In this document: positions 48,709-59,067 of the stretch, piece after piece | Layout of the letters: each line of letters starts with the position of its first letter | Position numbering within the stretch: the stretch's first letter is position 1 | Assembly (NCBI GenBank): GCA_019057635.1 | Contig: DXJL01000113.1 | Coordinates: 1 to 64,000, forward strand | DNA length: 64,000 nucleotides | From: Candidatus Heimdallarchaeota archaeon | GTDB taxonomy: Archaea > Asgardarchaeota > Heimdallarchaeia > Hodarchaeales > Hodarchaeaceae | Direction: 5' to 3' | The notes under the pieces: model-generated | Told to the model about the DNA's origin: nothing | Seen by the model: the letters and a program-made list of their open reading frames with translations, nothing else | The model's database searches: none | Translations under genes and position numbers: made by a program

Positions 48709-49314
48709 ATGTGGGCTGTATCTAAAAGGTCTCAACTTGCTAGAAAGATAATTATCAGCTTTGTTTTTGCTATCCTCTGCTTTAATTATTTATCAGTGCA
48801 GGTTAAGGCATCTCCATCAAAAACAACAAATGTTTCTAACACATATCCTAGCTTATTTGTTACTAAAGTTGTTGATCTTACAGAAGTTACATTAAATGAT
48901 TCATTTGTTGTAACGATTACGATTAGGAATATAGGTAATAGCACGGCATATAATGTTACCTTTATTGATACTTTAAATGCTCCTTGGGTTTTTGACGTGG
49001 CTGGTTTGACAAAAATATCTTACAGCTGGATTGAACCTAATCAAACACGTATATTTAGTTATATAGTTACTGCCCTATCCTTAGGAGAGTTTCAACTTCA
49101 TTCTGCACGAGTTTACTACCATATATCAGATCAAACCGATACCGAGTTCCTAGCTTTTAGTAATTCACTGGATATTGCTGTAACTAAGGCAGAGGAAGAT
49201 CTTTCGTTGGCAGACCTCAATTCTGCTATAACCTTCTTACTTATTCTATTTATTCTCAACACAATTCTTACATTACGATTTGTAGCACCTAAGTTAAATC
49301 GAAAGAAACCTTAA
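48709..49314 (+). CDS. Translocon-associated protein beta (TRAP-beta/SSR2)-like Ig-fold membrane protein
   Basis: Signal peptide (VKA), LFVTK..ITIRNIGNSTAYNVTFID, IEPNQTRIFSYIV..GEFQLHSARVYY, C-terminal TM; generic DUF11/BatD Ig domain is the alternative. Confidence 0.68.
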   Translation: MWAVSKRSQLARKIIISFVFAILCFNYLSVQVKASPSKTTNVSNTYPSLFVTKVVDLTEVTLNDSFVVTITIRNIGNSTAYNVTFIDTLNAPWVFDVAGLTKISYSWIEPNQTRIFSYIVTALSLGEFQLHSARVYYHISDQTDTEFLAFSNSLDIAVTKAEEDLSLADLNSAITFLLILFILNTILTLRFVAPKLNRKKP

Positions 49315-49328
49315 TTTTACTTTTAAAG

Positions 49329-49898
49329 TTGTTAAATCGAGAAAGGAAAATGGATACTCCCGTCCCAGCTCTATTAGTGGATAAACATGTTATTGTTTGG
49401 AATCATGACCTTGGAAGTAAAATCTATCAATTAGGATATTTTGGATCACCAGTTGGGATAAGAAAACCAAAATCTCCGAGATTTGAACGGCCTCTTGAAC
49501 TAACTTTATTGGAAGCTGCGTTTCTATTAAAAAAAAATATAATTCGAATCTCCGAGAATAATCAAGAGATCTCTCATGATAAGTTCCTAACCATCTGTAA
49601 AGAACGTTTTGCTAAATTTGAGGATTTGTACGCGGTTTATAAGAATCTGCGGGATAAAAGATACATCGTACGCCCTGGACTTAAATTTGGAACTGATTTT
49701 TCCGTATACCGCAGGGGTCCAGGAATTGATCATGCGCCATTTCTCGTCTCTATCTTTCCAAAAGAATCGACTATCGAACCTATTGACTTAGTCAGAGCTG
49801 GAAGATTAGCCACGTCAGTTCGTAAACGCTATGTTATAGCGACCGTCTTATCAGATCAACAAATTAGATATTATGTATTTCAGTGGAATAGACCATAA
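49329..49898 (+). CDS. endA: tRNA-splicing endonuclease, catalytic subunit
   Basis: LELTLLEA, VYKNLRDKRY, GLKFGTDFSVY, PGIDHA, RLATSVRK (Tyr/His/Lys triad). Confidence 0.95.
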   Translation: MLNRERKMDTPVPALLVDKHVIVWNHDLGSKIYQLGYFGSPVGIRKPKSPRFERPLELTLLEAAFLLKKNIIRISENNQEISHDKFLTICKERFAKFEDLYAVYKNLRDKRYIVRPGLKFGTDFSVYRRGPGIDHAPFLVSIFPKESTIEPIDLVRAGRLATSVRKRYVIATVLSDQQIRYYVFQWNRP

Positions 49899-49907
49899 AC
49901 CAGCAAA

Positions 49908-50597
49908 TTACTCAAACGCGTTTGAATAAATGCCGACTTGAGGTTCAAAGAATTCACCAGACTCCAATAATTCTGTAATTGCATCATAAATTTGCGCCTC
50001 ATCAATATTTGGTAATTTTACGACAATGTTGTCCATTGTAACACCATTTCCTTGATCCAATTGTTTGACAAGCGTTTTTAATTTATTTTTTAAATCTTCT
50101 AGTGATGCAACACCAAGATCAATTCCTTCAACGACTGCAGATTTTACTTTGATCTCTGTATCAATGTGTTGGCGCTGTTGAACAGTTTTTAATTTGTGAT
50201 AAATAAACCAATTATCATCCTTGATATTTTCTACAATATCAGGAGTAATAAACACATCTACTGTATCGCCTTGTTCAGAAATTTGAATTTGCCCAAGTAT
50301 TTCGACTTTATCCCACTGAGAAATAGATTCGATACTACCATCCCAAGCTTTTACCATTGTAGCTCCACTCCCATCTTCAATTTTTAATCCAACATAATTA
50401 TTTTCTCCTCCGTATTTCTCAGTTACAACACCAACTATCCATATCCGGAACAGAGTTGATCCATCAGCAGTGATTAGACGCCAACGTTCTTCACTATCCT
50501 TTGTAACTTCTGCACTATTTATGTTCTGAATTTTGACTCGTTTATAGGGAGATCGTCTTTTCATCTGTATTCTCTCATATATTTTGAGTTTATTCAA
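49908..50597 (-). CDS. RPA32-like OB-fold protein with C-terminal winged helix
   Basis: RIWIVGVV, IEDGSG, C-terminal IYDAITELLESGEFFEP wHTH. Confidence 0.82.
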   Translation of the reverse strand: MNKLKIYERIQMKRRSPYKRVKIQNINSAEVTKDSEERWRLITADGSTLFRIWIVGVVTEKYGGENNYVGLKIEDGSGATMVKAWDGSIESISQWDKVEILGQIQISEQGDTVDVFITPDIVENIKDDNWFIYHKLKTVQQRQHIDTEIKVKSAVVEGIDLGVASLEDLKNKLKTLVKQLDQGNGVTMDNIVVKLPNIDEAQIYDAITELLESGEFFEPQVGIYSNAFE

Positions 50598-51075
50598 CCC
50601 AAGACTTGTTAATTAGATCAAATGATACGTAGTCTTCACTTTCAAATAGTACGCCTAACTCATATAGTGCCCTTTCAGGTTTATCTGACGAATGAACAAT
50701 ATTTTTTGTTAAATCAATACCAAAATCACCACGGATAGTTCCAGGTTCAGCTTCAGGTGAGTTAGTCGCTCCCGCTAATTTTCTTACGATCTTAACGCAA
50801 TTTTTTCCTTGGATTGAAATAGCAACTAAAGGACCTGAAAGAATAAAAGATTTCAGTAGTGGATAAAAACCTTTTTCAACATGAATGTCATATAATTTAT
50901 CTACATCATCCTCTGTCAATTTAATCATTTTTAAAGCATTTAACTTTAAACCCTTTCTTTCAATGCGGGAAATAATTTCTCCTATTAAGCCTCTCTGCAC
51001 TGCGTCTGGTTTAATTACCAATAATGTTTTTTCTGTCATTTTTTCACACGATTCCTCTGTCACTTCGAGATTCAT
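50590..51075 (-). CDS. ndk: Nucleoside diphosphate kinase
   Basis: EKTLLVIKPDAVQRGL, PGTIRGDF, NIVHSSD. Confidence 0.97.
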   Translation of the reverse strand: MNLEVTEESCEKMTEKTLLVIKPDAVQRGLIGEIISRIERKGLKLNALKMIKLTEDDVDKLYDIHVEKGFYPLLKSFILSGPLVAISIQGKNCVKIVRKLAGATNSPEAEPGTIRGDFGIDLTKNIVHSSDKPERALYELGVLFESEDYVSFDLINKSWVE

Positions 51076-51281
51076 TTGAAATCTTATTGAATGGGAAGAA
51101 ATGATACTGGTCTTATGAAGCTACTGTAAAGGAGAAGATGTTACCTTTTTACTGGTTATCGTTTTAAATCAAATTAAAGGTCGAACTAATTAAATAAGGT
51201 ACTTGTTTTCAACTATAATAACAAATTGGCATTTTTTGATAAATTAAATCACATATTACTTCTCGATTAAAAATCTACAAT

Positions 51282-51341
51282 AATAATAATTTCACGTAAA
51301 AAATGGAAATCAATAATAATATCACGTAAAAAATGGAAATC
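51282..51341. repeat. 30-bp tandem duplication upstream of hppA
   Basis: aataataat(t/a)tcacgtaaaaaatggaaatc twice, one mismatch. Confidence 0.9.
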
Positions 51342-51417
51342 ACTTCGATAAGACCTTATTCTCAATACAGGTCAAAGGAATTTCTAATATTTGGATTTTT
51401 GTTATTTAAAATGAAAG

Positions 51418-53865
51418 GTGGAAATAATGTTCACAACTTTTTTGGATTTAGAGCTCATTGAACAGCTAACCCTTCTTATCGTAATTGGTGTTGCCATTAT
51501 TGCGTTTATCTACTCATGGTGGCTACGCAAAGATGTTCTCAGCCATGACAAAGGGTCTGAAGAAATGCAACAGGTATGGGAAGCTATCAATGAAGGAGCA
51601 AATGCTTATCTGAAACGACAACTCAAAACAATTCTTCCTATAGTGCTAATTCTTACGATAGCGCTGTTTTTCAGTGTGTACTTAGTTGAACCCACTGAAG
51701 CAGCGAGAGATGAATTTGTTGGACTCGATCCAGTACTAATGGTTGCAATAGGACGTACTATAGCATTCATAATGGGAGCATCGTTCTCAATGATGGTAGG
51801 TCAATTTGGTATGCGTATTGCAGTTCAAGGAAATTTAAGAGTAGCTGCTACAGCATCACAGACTACTGATGAATATGGTAACCCAATAGATGTAGGACAG
51901 AGATATAGTAAAGCTCTTTCTGTTGCTTATCATGCTGGAACTGTCACAGGTATGTTAACCGATGGTTTTGGACTATTGGGTGGTACTCTCATATTTATTA
52001 TCTTTGGACAGGCAGCACCTGATGCGTTACTTGGTTTTGGGTTTGGTGGAACCATTCTAGCTCTATTCATGAGAGTTGGAGGAGGCATTTACACTAAAGC
52101 TGCTGATGTAGGAGCAGATCTCGTTGGCAAGGTCGAAAAAGATATTCCAGAGGATGATCCTCGAAATGCTGGGGTCATTGCTGATCTAGTTGGAGATAAT
52201 GTAGGCGACTGCGCTGGTATGGCTGCAGATATTTTTGAGTCGTACGAAGTAACCATTGTTTCTTCCTTAATATTAGGACTAGTGCTTTATCAAATAGATG
52301 AACGAATCGTTTGGATTATGTTTCCATTAATAGTCCGAGCTGTGGGCGTAATCAGTTCGATTGTAGGTACTTATGCAGTCGCATTATGGAAAACACCTGA
52401 TGCAGAAAAAGCTATGTTCCAATCCTATGAGATTTCTAGCGCTATCACTATTATTACGTCGCTGTTCTTGGCTACATTTTATGCTGGCGATTGGAGACTC
52501 GGTTTTCTAATTGCGGTCGGTGTTTTACTTGCAGTATCTTTCAACCCAATTACAGCACGTTTCACTGCAAAAGCTGGAGGACCAGTCGTAGAGGTATTTG
52601 AATCTACTGAAGGGGGCCCAGCGACCACAATTCTAAGTGGAATAGCATTGGGATACGAAAGCAGTGTTTGGGCTGTTGTTGCAATCTCTGTATCATTCAT
52701 TTTTGCAATCGTAACTTATGCAATTTTCCCCGATAATAATGGATTGCCTTTGATTGGCGGATTGACTAATAACATTTCTGTCGCTCCAGAAGATATACAA
52801 CATGCCATTCTATACGGAATTGCATTAATAGGTATTGGTATGCTTTCTCACACGGGAAATAATGTTGCTATGGATTCTTTTGGACCAATTAGTGACAATG
52901 CTCAAGGTATCGCTGAAATGACTGGTATGGACAAAGAATCAAGACATGTCCTCGAAGAATTAGATGCTGTAGGAAATACAACAAAAGCGATTACCAAAGG
53001 AATTGCGATTGCATCTGCCGTAATTGCATCGGTAAGTCTATTTGCATCATTTGTAACAGATGTCGGAATTGTCGCTGAAAACTTGGGAATTGAGAGTCCA
53101 CTAGCATATGGATTACGTATTGATATACCTGCAGTCTTTGTAGGTCTTCTCCTTGGTGCTGCACTTCCATGGATATTTTCAGCATTCAATATTAGAGCTG
53201 TAAATCGAGCAGCTGGCCAAACTATTCAAGAAGTTCGTCGACAATTTAGAATACCAGGGATTATGGAAGGCACAAAGAAACCTGATTATGGTAACGTTGT
53301 TGAAATAGTAACTGCTGCAGCTCAAAGAGAACTGATTAGCTTGACAATAATAGCAGTCAGTGTACCAATTTTTATGGCAATATTCTTTACAATTGCCCTT
53401 GGTGCTGTTAACATTCCTGGTTTGAATACAGCAGAATTGATCGGGTCTGGTGTTGAAGTACTAGGTGGTTTTCAGGCAGGAATAATTGTTAGTGGACAAT
53501 TACTAGCAGTTTACATGTCTAATGCTGGTGGAGCATGGGATAATGCCAAGAAAGCTATTGAAGATGAAGTAAGAGATCTAGAGAAGAATACAGGGAAAGG
53601 ATCGGAACGTCATAAAGCAAGTGTTGTTGGAGACACTGTTGGTGATCCATTGAAAGATACAGCTGGTCCAGCGTTAAATCCTATGATAAAAGTAATTAAC
53701 CTGATTAGTCTTATTATCGCTCCACTGTTAGTTCAATCTTCTCAGGATTCTACACTAACGCTTATATTAGCAGTTGTTGGTGCATTACTTTTCGTCGCTT
53801 TCATCTGGGCTTATTTGAAAAGCTCCCGAAAATCAGCAATATCTTTTAACATTGAAGATGATTAA
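51418..53865 (+). CDS. hppA: Membrane-bound H+-translocating pyrophosphatase, K+-independent type
   Basis: GGIYTKAADVGADLVGKVE, DNVGD, GNTTKA (Lys at the K+-dependence site), GDTVGDPLKDT. Confidence 0.96.
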   Translation: MEIMFTTFLDLELIEQLTLLIVIGVAIIAFIYSWWLRKDVLSHDKGSEEMQQVWEAINEGANAYLKRQLKTILPIVLILTIALFFSVYLVEPTEAARDEFVGLDPVLMVAIGRTIAFIMGASFSMMVGQFGMRIAVQGNLRVAATASQTTDEYGNPIDVGQRYSKALSVAYHAGTVTGMLTDGFGLLGGTLIFIIFGQAAPDALLGFGFGGTILALFMRVGGGIYTKAADVGADLVGKVEKDIPEDDPRNAGVIADLVGDNVGDCAGMAADIFESYEVTIVSSLILGLVLYQIDERIVWIMFPLIVRAVGVISSIVGTYAVALWKTPDAEKAMFQSYEISSAITIITSLFLATFYAGDWRLGFLIAVGVLLAVSFNPITARFTAKAGGPVVEVFESTEGGPATTILSGIALGYESSVWAVVAISVSFIFAIVTYAIFPDNNGLPLIGGLTNNISVAPEDIQHAILYGIALIGIGMLSHTGNNVAMDSFGPISDNAQGIAEMTGMDKESRHVLEELDAVGNTTKAITKGIAIASAVIASVSLFASFVTDVGIVAENLGIESPLAYGLRIDIPAVFVGLLLGAALPWIFSAFNIRAVNRAAGQTIQEVRRQFRIPGIMEGTKKPDYGNVVEIVTAAAQRELISLTIIAVSVPIFMAIFFTIALGAVNIPGLNTAELIGSGVEVLGGFQAGIIVSGQLLAVYMSNAGGAWDNAKKAIEDEVRDLEKNTGKGSERHKASVVGDTVGDPLKDTAGPALNPMIKVINLISLIIAPLLVQSSQDSTLTLILAVVGALLFVAFIWAYLKSSRKSAISFNIEDD

Positions 53866-54041
53866 ACTTCAAATTCCCCTGAAGTATTCATCCTCCCCTT
53901 TTTTTCCTTTTTTTCTTACTTTAGTCAATTCTCGAAACGAACACTTACTTGGAAAGACTCAATAGTCTAATAAATAAAGCCTTTAATGATTCTATTTTCG
54001 GTATAGCTGAAGCAAGGTCAGCGGAAAGAGGTACTGGATAA

Positions 54042-54587
54042 ATGTATTATTTGACTCAAATCCGTGAAACTATTCGAATTCCCCCCAATAGATTTGGACA
54101 ACCTCTAGAGGAGGTAATTCTTGATATCTCAAGAACGAAGAATGAAACTACAATTGGAGGAGATGTGGGAATGATTGTCGCGATTTTGTCTGTAAATGAG
54201 ATTTCACCTGGTAGGATTGTACCTGGTGACGGAGCAACTTTTCACGATGTAGAATATCAGGCGATTTCTTTTCGTCCTTTAGACGATGAAGTAACTGAAG
54301 GTGAAGTAGTTGAAACAACCAAATTTGGATTCTTCATGCGAATAGGGTGTACTGATGCTTTAGCACATATCAGTCAAATCGCTGATGAATATTTTCAAAT
54401 GTCATCCCGTTCTTCAGGTGTTTTAGTAGGAAGAGAATCAGGTAGAACTATCAGGCCTGGAGATTTGGTCCGAGGAAAAATCATTACTGCTACTGTAGAT
54501 CATGTAAGTATGAAGATCGCAGTAACCATGAAAGGCGAGGGTTTAGGTTTAAAAACTTGGATTGACGAAAAAAAAGAGGCGGTTTAA
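54042..54587 (+). CDS. rpoE1: RNA polymerase subunit Rpo7 (E')
   Basis: IRIPPNRF, PGDGA, EVTEGEV, S1 domain ALAHISQI, GLG..W. Confidence 0.96.
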   Translation: MYYLTQIRETIRIPPNRFGQPLEEVILDISRTKNETTIGGDVGMIVAILSVNEISPGRIVPGDGATFHDVEYQAISFRPLDDEVTEGEVVETTKFGFFMRIGCTDALAHISQIADEYFQMSSRSSGVLVGRESGRTIRPGDLVRGKIITATVDHVSMKIAVTMKGEGLGLKTWIDEKKEAV

Positions 54588-54782
54588 TTGGTAAAAATCA
54601 AAGCTTGTAAGAAATGTAACAGTATAGTTCAAGGAGAGGAAGTTTGTCCTATTTGTAAAACGCATAATCATTTATCAAAAAGCTTCGTAGGTATGGTCAT
54701 TATCCGATCACCCCAAGGTAGTAAGATCGCGCGAAGATTGAATATAAATCGTCCTGGAAAATATGCAATTAAAGTTCGTTGA
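54588..54782 (+). CDS. spt4: Transcription elongation factor Spt4 (RpoE'')
   Basis: KACKKC..CPIC, SKIA, PGKYAIKVR. Confidence 0.95.
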   Translation: MVKIKACKKCNSIVQGEEVCPICKTHNHLSKSFVGMVIIRSPQGSKIARRLNINRPGKYAIKVR

Positions 54783-55375
54783 GGGAACTTATTGTGGGAT
54801 ATAAACTCCCAGTTACACTTCGAAATTCATTTCGAGCCCCCATTGGAGAATTATTCATTGGAGATCATTCTATATCTGCTAAAAATGCAATAGAATATAT
54901 AAAAAAGATCAATAGGGGACTTACTATTGCTATTGGGGATGTCTGTGCAAAATCTCTTCTTAACCAAGGGTTCCATCCCAATATCATTGTTTTTGATGAA
55001 AAAACACAACGTACTAAGAAAATTTCACTTGATCTTAAACAATATTCACTAAAAGATGTATACAATCCAAAAGAATGGATCCTGGAAAGCACAATTCATG
55101 AAATAAAAAATGCAATAGCTTTTTGTACTTCCAACAAATGTCGCATAGCAGTTAGGATTGACGGTGAAGAGGACCTATTAATCATCCCAGCGATAATTTC
55201 CCTACCTCTTGGAAGTGTAGTGATTTATGGACAACCTCCTGTTACCACTGAAGAAGGCATTGTGGTAGCGTTAATAACTTCTTCCCTGAAGAACATAATC
55301 CAAGATATATTGAAAAAATTCGAATTTCATGAGGAATACATAGATGGAAATCACCATTACAGAAGAAAAACATAA
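54779..55375 (+). CDS. GTP-dependent dephospho-CoA kinase (DUF359)
   Basis: IGDV, DEKTQR, DGEEDLL, YGQP; conserved position after spt4. Confidence 0.9.
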   Translation: MRELIVGYKLPVTLRNSFRAPIGELFIGDHSISAKNAIEYIKKINRGLTIAIGDVCAKSLLNQGFHPNIIVFDEKTQRTKKISLDLKQYSLKDVYNPKEWILESTIHEIKNAIAFCTSNKCRIAVRIDGEEDLLIIPAIISLPLGSVVIYGQPPVTTEEGIVVALITSSLKNIIQDILKKFEFHEEYIDGNHHYRRKT

Positions 55376-55646
55376 TCCCCTCATTGGCCGAAATGAAATT
55401 AAGGCACTAATTACTCATCTTGGTGAGATCACACCAACCAGAGAGGCAGTACGTTCCAAAATTGCAGCACAATTAAACTTTGATCTCGATCGTGTGGTAA
55501 TTCAGAATATAATTGGTCATTTTGGTGAACCAAAATCTCAACTAATTGCTCATTGTTATGATAATTCTGAGGATGTTTATGTATTCGAACCTAAATTCCG
55601 TCTTAAGAGAAATAAAATCATCCTAAATGATCAAAAAGAGGGTTAA
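55344..55646 (+). CDS. rps24e: 30S ribosomal protein S24e
   Basis: NPLIGRNEI, TPTREAVR, FG, YD..EP. Confidence 0.95.
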   Translation: MEITITEEKHNPLIGRNEIKALITHLGEITPTREAVRSKIAAQLNFDLDRVVIQNIIGHFGEPKSQLIAHCYDNSEDVYVFEPKFRLKRNKIILNDQKEG

Positions 55647-55650
55647 CTAA

Positions 55651-55812
55651 ATGCCAGTTCGTAGAAATCCAGTCCAATCATATTATAAAGTTGATTATAA
55701 GAAAGGTACAATTAAGAGAACCAACAAGTTTTGCCCAAGATGCAAGGGATCTTTTTTGGCTAAACATAAGAATAGAGCAGCATGTGGACTGTGTGGTTAT
55801 ACGGAATTTTAA
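55651..55812 (+). CDS. rps27ae: 30S ribosomal protein S27ae (not in ORF track)
   Basis: Read by hand: [53 protein letters not shown]. Confidence 0.95.
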   Translation: MPVRRNPVQSYYKVDYKKGTIKRTNKFCPRCKGSFLAKHKNRAACGLCGYTEF

Positions 55813-55833
55813 TCTTTAGATCATGAAGCTAGT

Positions 55834-56826
55834 ATGGCATCTACTGAACCTATCATTTTAGGGCTTGAAGGGACAGCTCATACAGCTGGGGTAGCTGTGA
55901 TTCAAGGACCTCAAATCCATGCAAATGAATCCGCAACATATTTTCCACCTCAAGGTGGAATTCATCCACGAGAAGCTGCTACCTACCTTACTAAGCAATT
56001 TCCCATCCTTCTTAAAAAAATATTTCAAAAATTACAATTCAAACCTGATAAAATTGATGGAATTGCATTTTCTCAGGGTCCTGGCTTAGGTCCATGTCTT
56101 AGAACTACAGCTACTGTTGCTAGAGCAATTTCCTTAAAACTCAATAAACCACTTTTAGGAGTAAATCATTGTATTGCTCATGTGGAATTAGGAAGAACCA
56201 TTACTCCAGCAAACGATCCGCTTGTTCTCTATGTAAGTGGAGGAAACACACAACTAATTACTTTCTTAAATGGGAGATATCGTGTCTTAGGAGAAACTCT
56301 AGACATTGCTATTGGAAATGCATTAGATTCATTGGGAAGAGAAATGAATTTACCCCATCCTGGGGGTCCCCACATTGAGAAACGAGCTCAACAAGGGAAG
56401 AATCTTCTATTACTCCCTTATACGATAAAGGGAATGTCTTTCTCCTTCTCAGGTATGGTAACTGCAGCAAAGAAATTGATTGCCAATCACTCAACTTCTG
56501 ACATCTGTTACTCCTTTCAGGAGTATACATTTGCTATACTGGCCGAAGCAACGGAAAGAGCCCTTTCTTGTACAAAGAAAGGTTCAGTATTATTGACAGG
56601 AGGAGTTGCTGCTAATGTCCATTTGCAAAACATCATAAAACTAGTTGCGAAAGAGCAAGAATCCTTATTTTATGTCGTTCCAAGAAATTTAGCAGGAGAC
56701 AATGGGGTTATGATTGCATTCGCAGGTACTCATCTATTAAAGACAGGAGAAATTATCCCTATTCAGAAAAGTCAAGTTAAGCCTCGTTGGAGAACTGATC
56801 AAGTTCAAGTAGGATGGATCTCATGA
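55834..56826 (+). CDS. kae1: KEOPS tRNA t6A synthase Kae1
   Basis: LGLEGTAHT, GGIHPREA, GPGLGPCL, VNHCIAHVE, YVSGGNTQ, DNGVMIA. Confidence 0.97.
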   Translation: MASTEPIILGLEGTAHTAGVAVIQGPQIHANESATYFPPQGGIHPREAATYLTKQFPILLKKIFQKLQFKPDKIDGIAFSQGPGLGPCLRTTATVARAISLKLNKPLLGVNHCIAHVELGRTITPANDPLVLYVSGGNTQLITFLNGRYRVLGETLDIAIGNALDSLGREMNLPHPGGPHIEKRAQQGKNLLLLPYTIKGMSFSFSGMVTAAKKLIANHSTSDICYSFQEYTFAILAEATERALSCTKKGSVLLTGGVAANVHLQNIIKLVAKEQESLFYVVPRNLAGDNGVMIAFAGTHLLKTGEIIPIQKSQVKPRWRTDQVQVGWIS

Positions 56827-57476
56827 AATTAATACAAGCAGAAAAGATTGCAAAAGGTGCAGAAGCAGTTATATTTAAGGGAACATTTCTTCAAAGTCCT
56901 ATTGCAATCAAACATCGCTTACCAAAATCTTATCGCCATCCAGATATTGATAATCGTATAAGACTTCACAGGTTAAGATCAGAAGCGAAAGTTATGACTA
57001 ACGCGCGAAAAATTGGAGTTAGTGTACCTAGTTTATTCGGGGTCGATATTGAGGATCATATTCTAATTATTGAATCGCTAGAAGGTAAATTGCTATTCGA
57101 GGAGATGAATTCATTACCGATAGACAAACTAGACCCAATTTTCGTCAATCTTGGGCATCAAATTGGCCTTTTACATAGTAACGATATAATTCATGGTGAC
57201 TTGACTGTATTTAATGTTCTTATTCAATTAGAAGATAAACTATCAATAATAGACTTTGGGTTAGGCAAAATTTCTAATGAATTAGAAGCAAAAGCGGATG
57301 ATCTGCTTACTTTTTATTCAACTTTAAAAGCAATTCAACCAGCGTCAAATATTCTCTTCAATACATTTTTAGAAGGGTATCTAAGTGTGTATCCCGAGGG
57401 GAAGAACACTTATGAACAAATGAAAAAAATTCAAAGTCGTGCACGATATATCGCAAGGGAAGATCGCCTTGAATAA
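56814..57476 (+). CDS. bud32: KEOPS kinase Bud32
   Basis: KGAEA, KSYRHP, HGDLT, IDFGL, RARY. Confidence 0.95.
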   Translation: MDLMKLIQAEKIAKGAEAVIFKGTFLQSPIAIKHRLPKSYRHPDIDNRIRLHRLRSEAKVMTNARKIGVSVPSLFGVDIEDHILIIESLEGKLLFEEMNSLPIDKLDPIFVNLGHQIGLLHSNDIIHGDLTVFNVLIQLEDKLSIIDFGLGKISNELEAKADDLLTFYSTLKAIQPASNILFNTFLEGYLSVYPEGKNTYEQMKKIQSRARYIAREDRLE

Positions 57477-57500
57477 TCATATAAATTAGGTGGAAAACGG

Positions 57501-58256
57501 ATGAAATTCAAGATTTTTCATGAAGATCAAAAAATATTAAATCAATGTAAGAGATTTATAGCGGGATGGCATGGATTAGGGGAAATTGGATATATTACTG
57601 TTTCTCATATAATTGAAAATCTCAAGTTAAAACGAATAGCCACTATCATGTCAAGTGGAGCTCCTCCATTTATTTCTGTTCAAAACAATCAATTGAGACT
57701 TCCTTTCGAAATATATGGAAAAGAAGAATACGATTTTGCGATTTTCATTCCTCATCTACAGCCCTATCGTCATGTACAAATTGAATTTTCTGAAAAAATG
57801 TCTGAATGGATCCTAAAACAAAAAAATTTGTCTGAAGCATATTTCATAGGAGGGGTTGATGCTCGTTTAAAATCATCAGAGAACGAAATTCAATATATTC
57901 CGACAAGAGCTTTTTTAAATTCATCAAAGCTCAATTCAAATTTCATTGAAGAAATACAGACGAATTTACTTGATCCAGGGCTATTTGTTGCAGGACCTCT
58001 AGCTATTATGCTCGGATATCTTGACATGAGTATGTTTCCCGCTGTAGGACTTTTGGCCTATGCACAGAGAGAGCGCCCCGATCCATTAGGTGCTGTTGCT
58101 ACCATTAAGAAACTTAATTATATTTTAAACATTGATATTGATACAAATGAATTAGTGCAAAATGCTCAAACAATAGAAGAGGAAATTAAACGACAATTAG
58201 CCCCTATCGAAGCAAATGATCCTGACAAACTTGCTACAAAACGGATGTATACCTAG
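57501..58256 (+). CDS. PAC2-family proteasome assembly chaperone
   Basis: AGWHGLGEIGYI, GG, PDPLGA, C-terminal MYT HbYX-like tail. Confidence 0.88.
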   Translation: MKFKIFHEDQKILNQCKRFIAGWHGLGEIGYITVSHIIENLKLKRIATIMSSGAPPFISVQNNQLRLPFEIYGKEEYDFAIFIPHLQPYRHVQIEFSEKMSEWILKQKNLSEAYFIGGVDARLKSSENEIQYIPTRAFLNSSKLNSNFIEEIQTNLLDPGLFVAGPLAIMLGYLDMSMFPAVGLLAYAQRERPDPLGAVATIKKLNYILNIDIDTNELVQNAQTIEEEIKRQLAPIEANDPDKLATKRMYT

Positions 58257-58275
58257 AATGTCTCAATTTGAGCAA

Positions 58276-59067
58276 TTAACGCCCGTGACGTCGTTTTCGA
58301 GATTGATAGGTACGAATAGCTCGCCATAAGTCGATTTTTCTAAACCCTGGAAAATATACATCTGCAAAATAAAGCTCACTATATACAGATTGCCAAGTTA
58401 GAAAACCTGACAAACGTTCTTCGCCTGATGTTCGAATAATAAGGTCAGGGTCAGGTATCCCATTGGTGTATAGATGTCGTTCAACTACTAATTCATTAAT
58501 ATCTTCTATGGCCATTTCATTGTTAGCTATTTTTTTTGCTATGGATTTCATTGCATCGATCATCTCTGCTCGACCCCCATAACCAATAGCAATGATAAGT
58601 GTTGGACCAGGTTTATCGGTTTGAGAACTTTTTTCTGCCCTATCTATTGCTTGTTGAACATTCGTCGGTAATGAATGAGTTCGTCCAATAACTTTAATTC
58701 TCACATTCCTTTTCTTGAACTCAGGATGATCAATAAGTTCCTTAAAGGTGGATTCAAATATATCCATTAACTCATTAATTTCACCCTCTGACCTCTCGAA
58801 ATTTTCTGTCGAAAAGGCATAGAGAGTTACATATTCAATTTCCAGATCCCAAAACCACTCTAAAATATTTTTGAGCTTGTCACGTCCAAGGCGGTGACCA
58901 AAAGTACTCGGGAGCCGTTTCGCACGCGCATAACGCCGATTCCCATCCATGATTAAAGCAACATGTGTAGGGTGAATGCCTTCTTCAATGCCGCCTTTAA
59001 TTTGATTCCACAATCTACGTTCATAGAGCTTATATAAAAGTGAATCAATTCGTAAATTAAATTTCAA
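58276..59067 (-). CDS. uppS: cis-prenyltransferase (UppS family)
   Basis: HVALIMDGNRRYA, YAFSTENF, YGGR, DLIIRTSGEERLSGFL. Confidence 0.96.
   Translation of the reverse strand: MKFNLRIDSLLYKLYERRLWNQIKGGIEEGIHPTHVALIMDGNRRYARAKRLPSTFGHRLGRDKLKNILEWFWDLEIEYVTLYAFSTENFERSEGEINELMDIFESTFKELIDHPEFKKRNVRIKVIGRTHSLPTNVQQAIDRAEKSSQTDKPGPTLIIAIGYGGRAEMIDAMKSIAKKIANNEMAIEDINELVVERHLYTNGIPDPDLIIRTSGEERLSGFLTWQSVYSELYFADVYFPGFRKIDLWRAIRTYQSRKRRHGR

Noticed and set aside
51282-51341. CRISPR array
   Set aside because: Only two adjacent copies, no spacer, and no cas genes in the window
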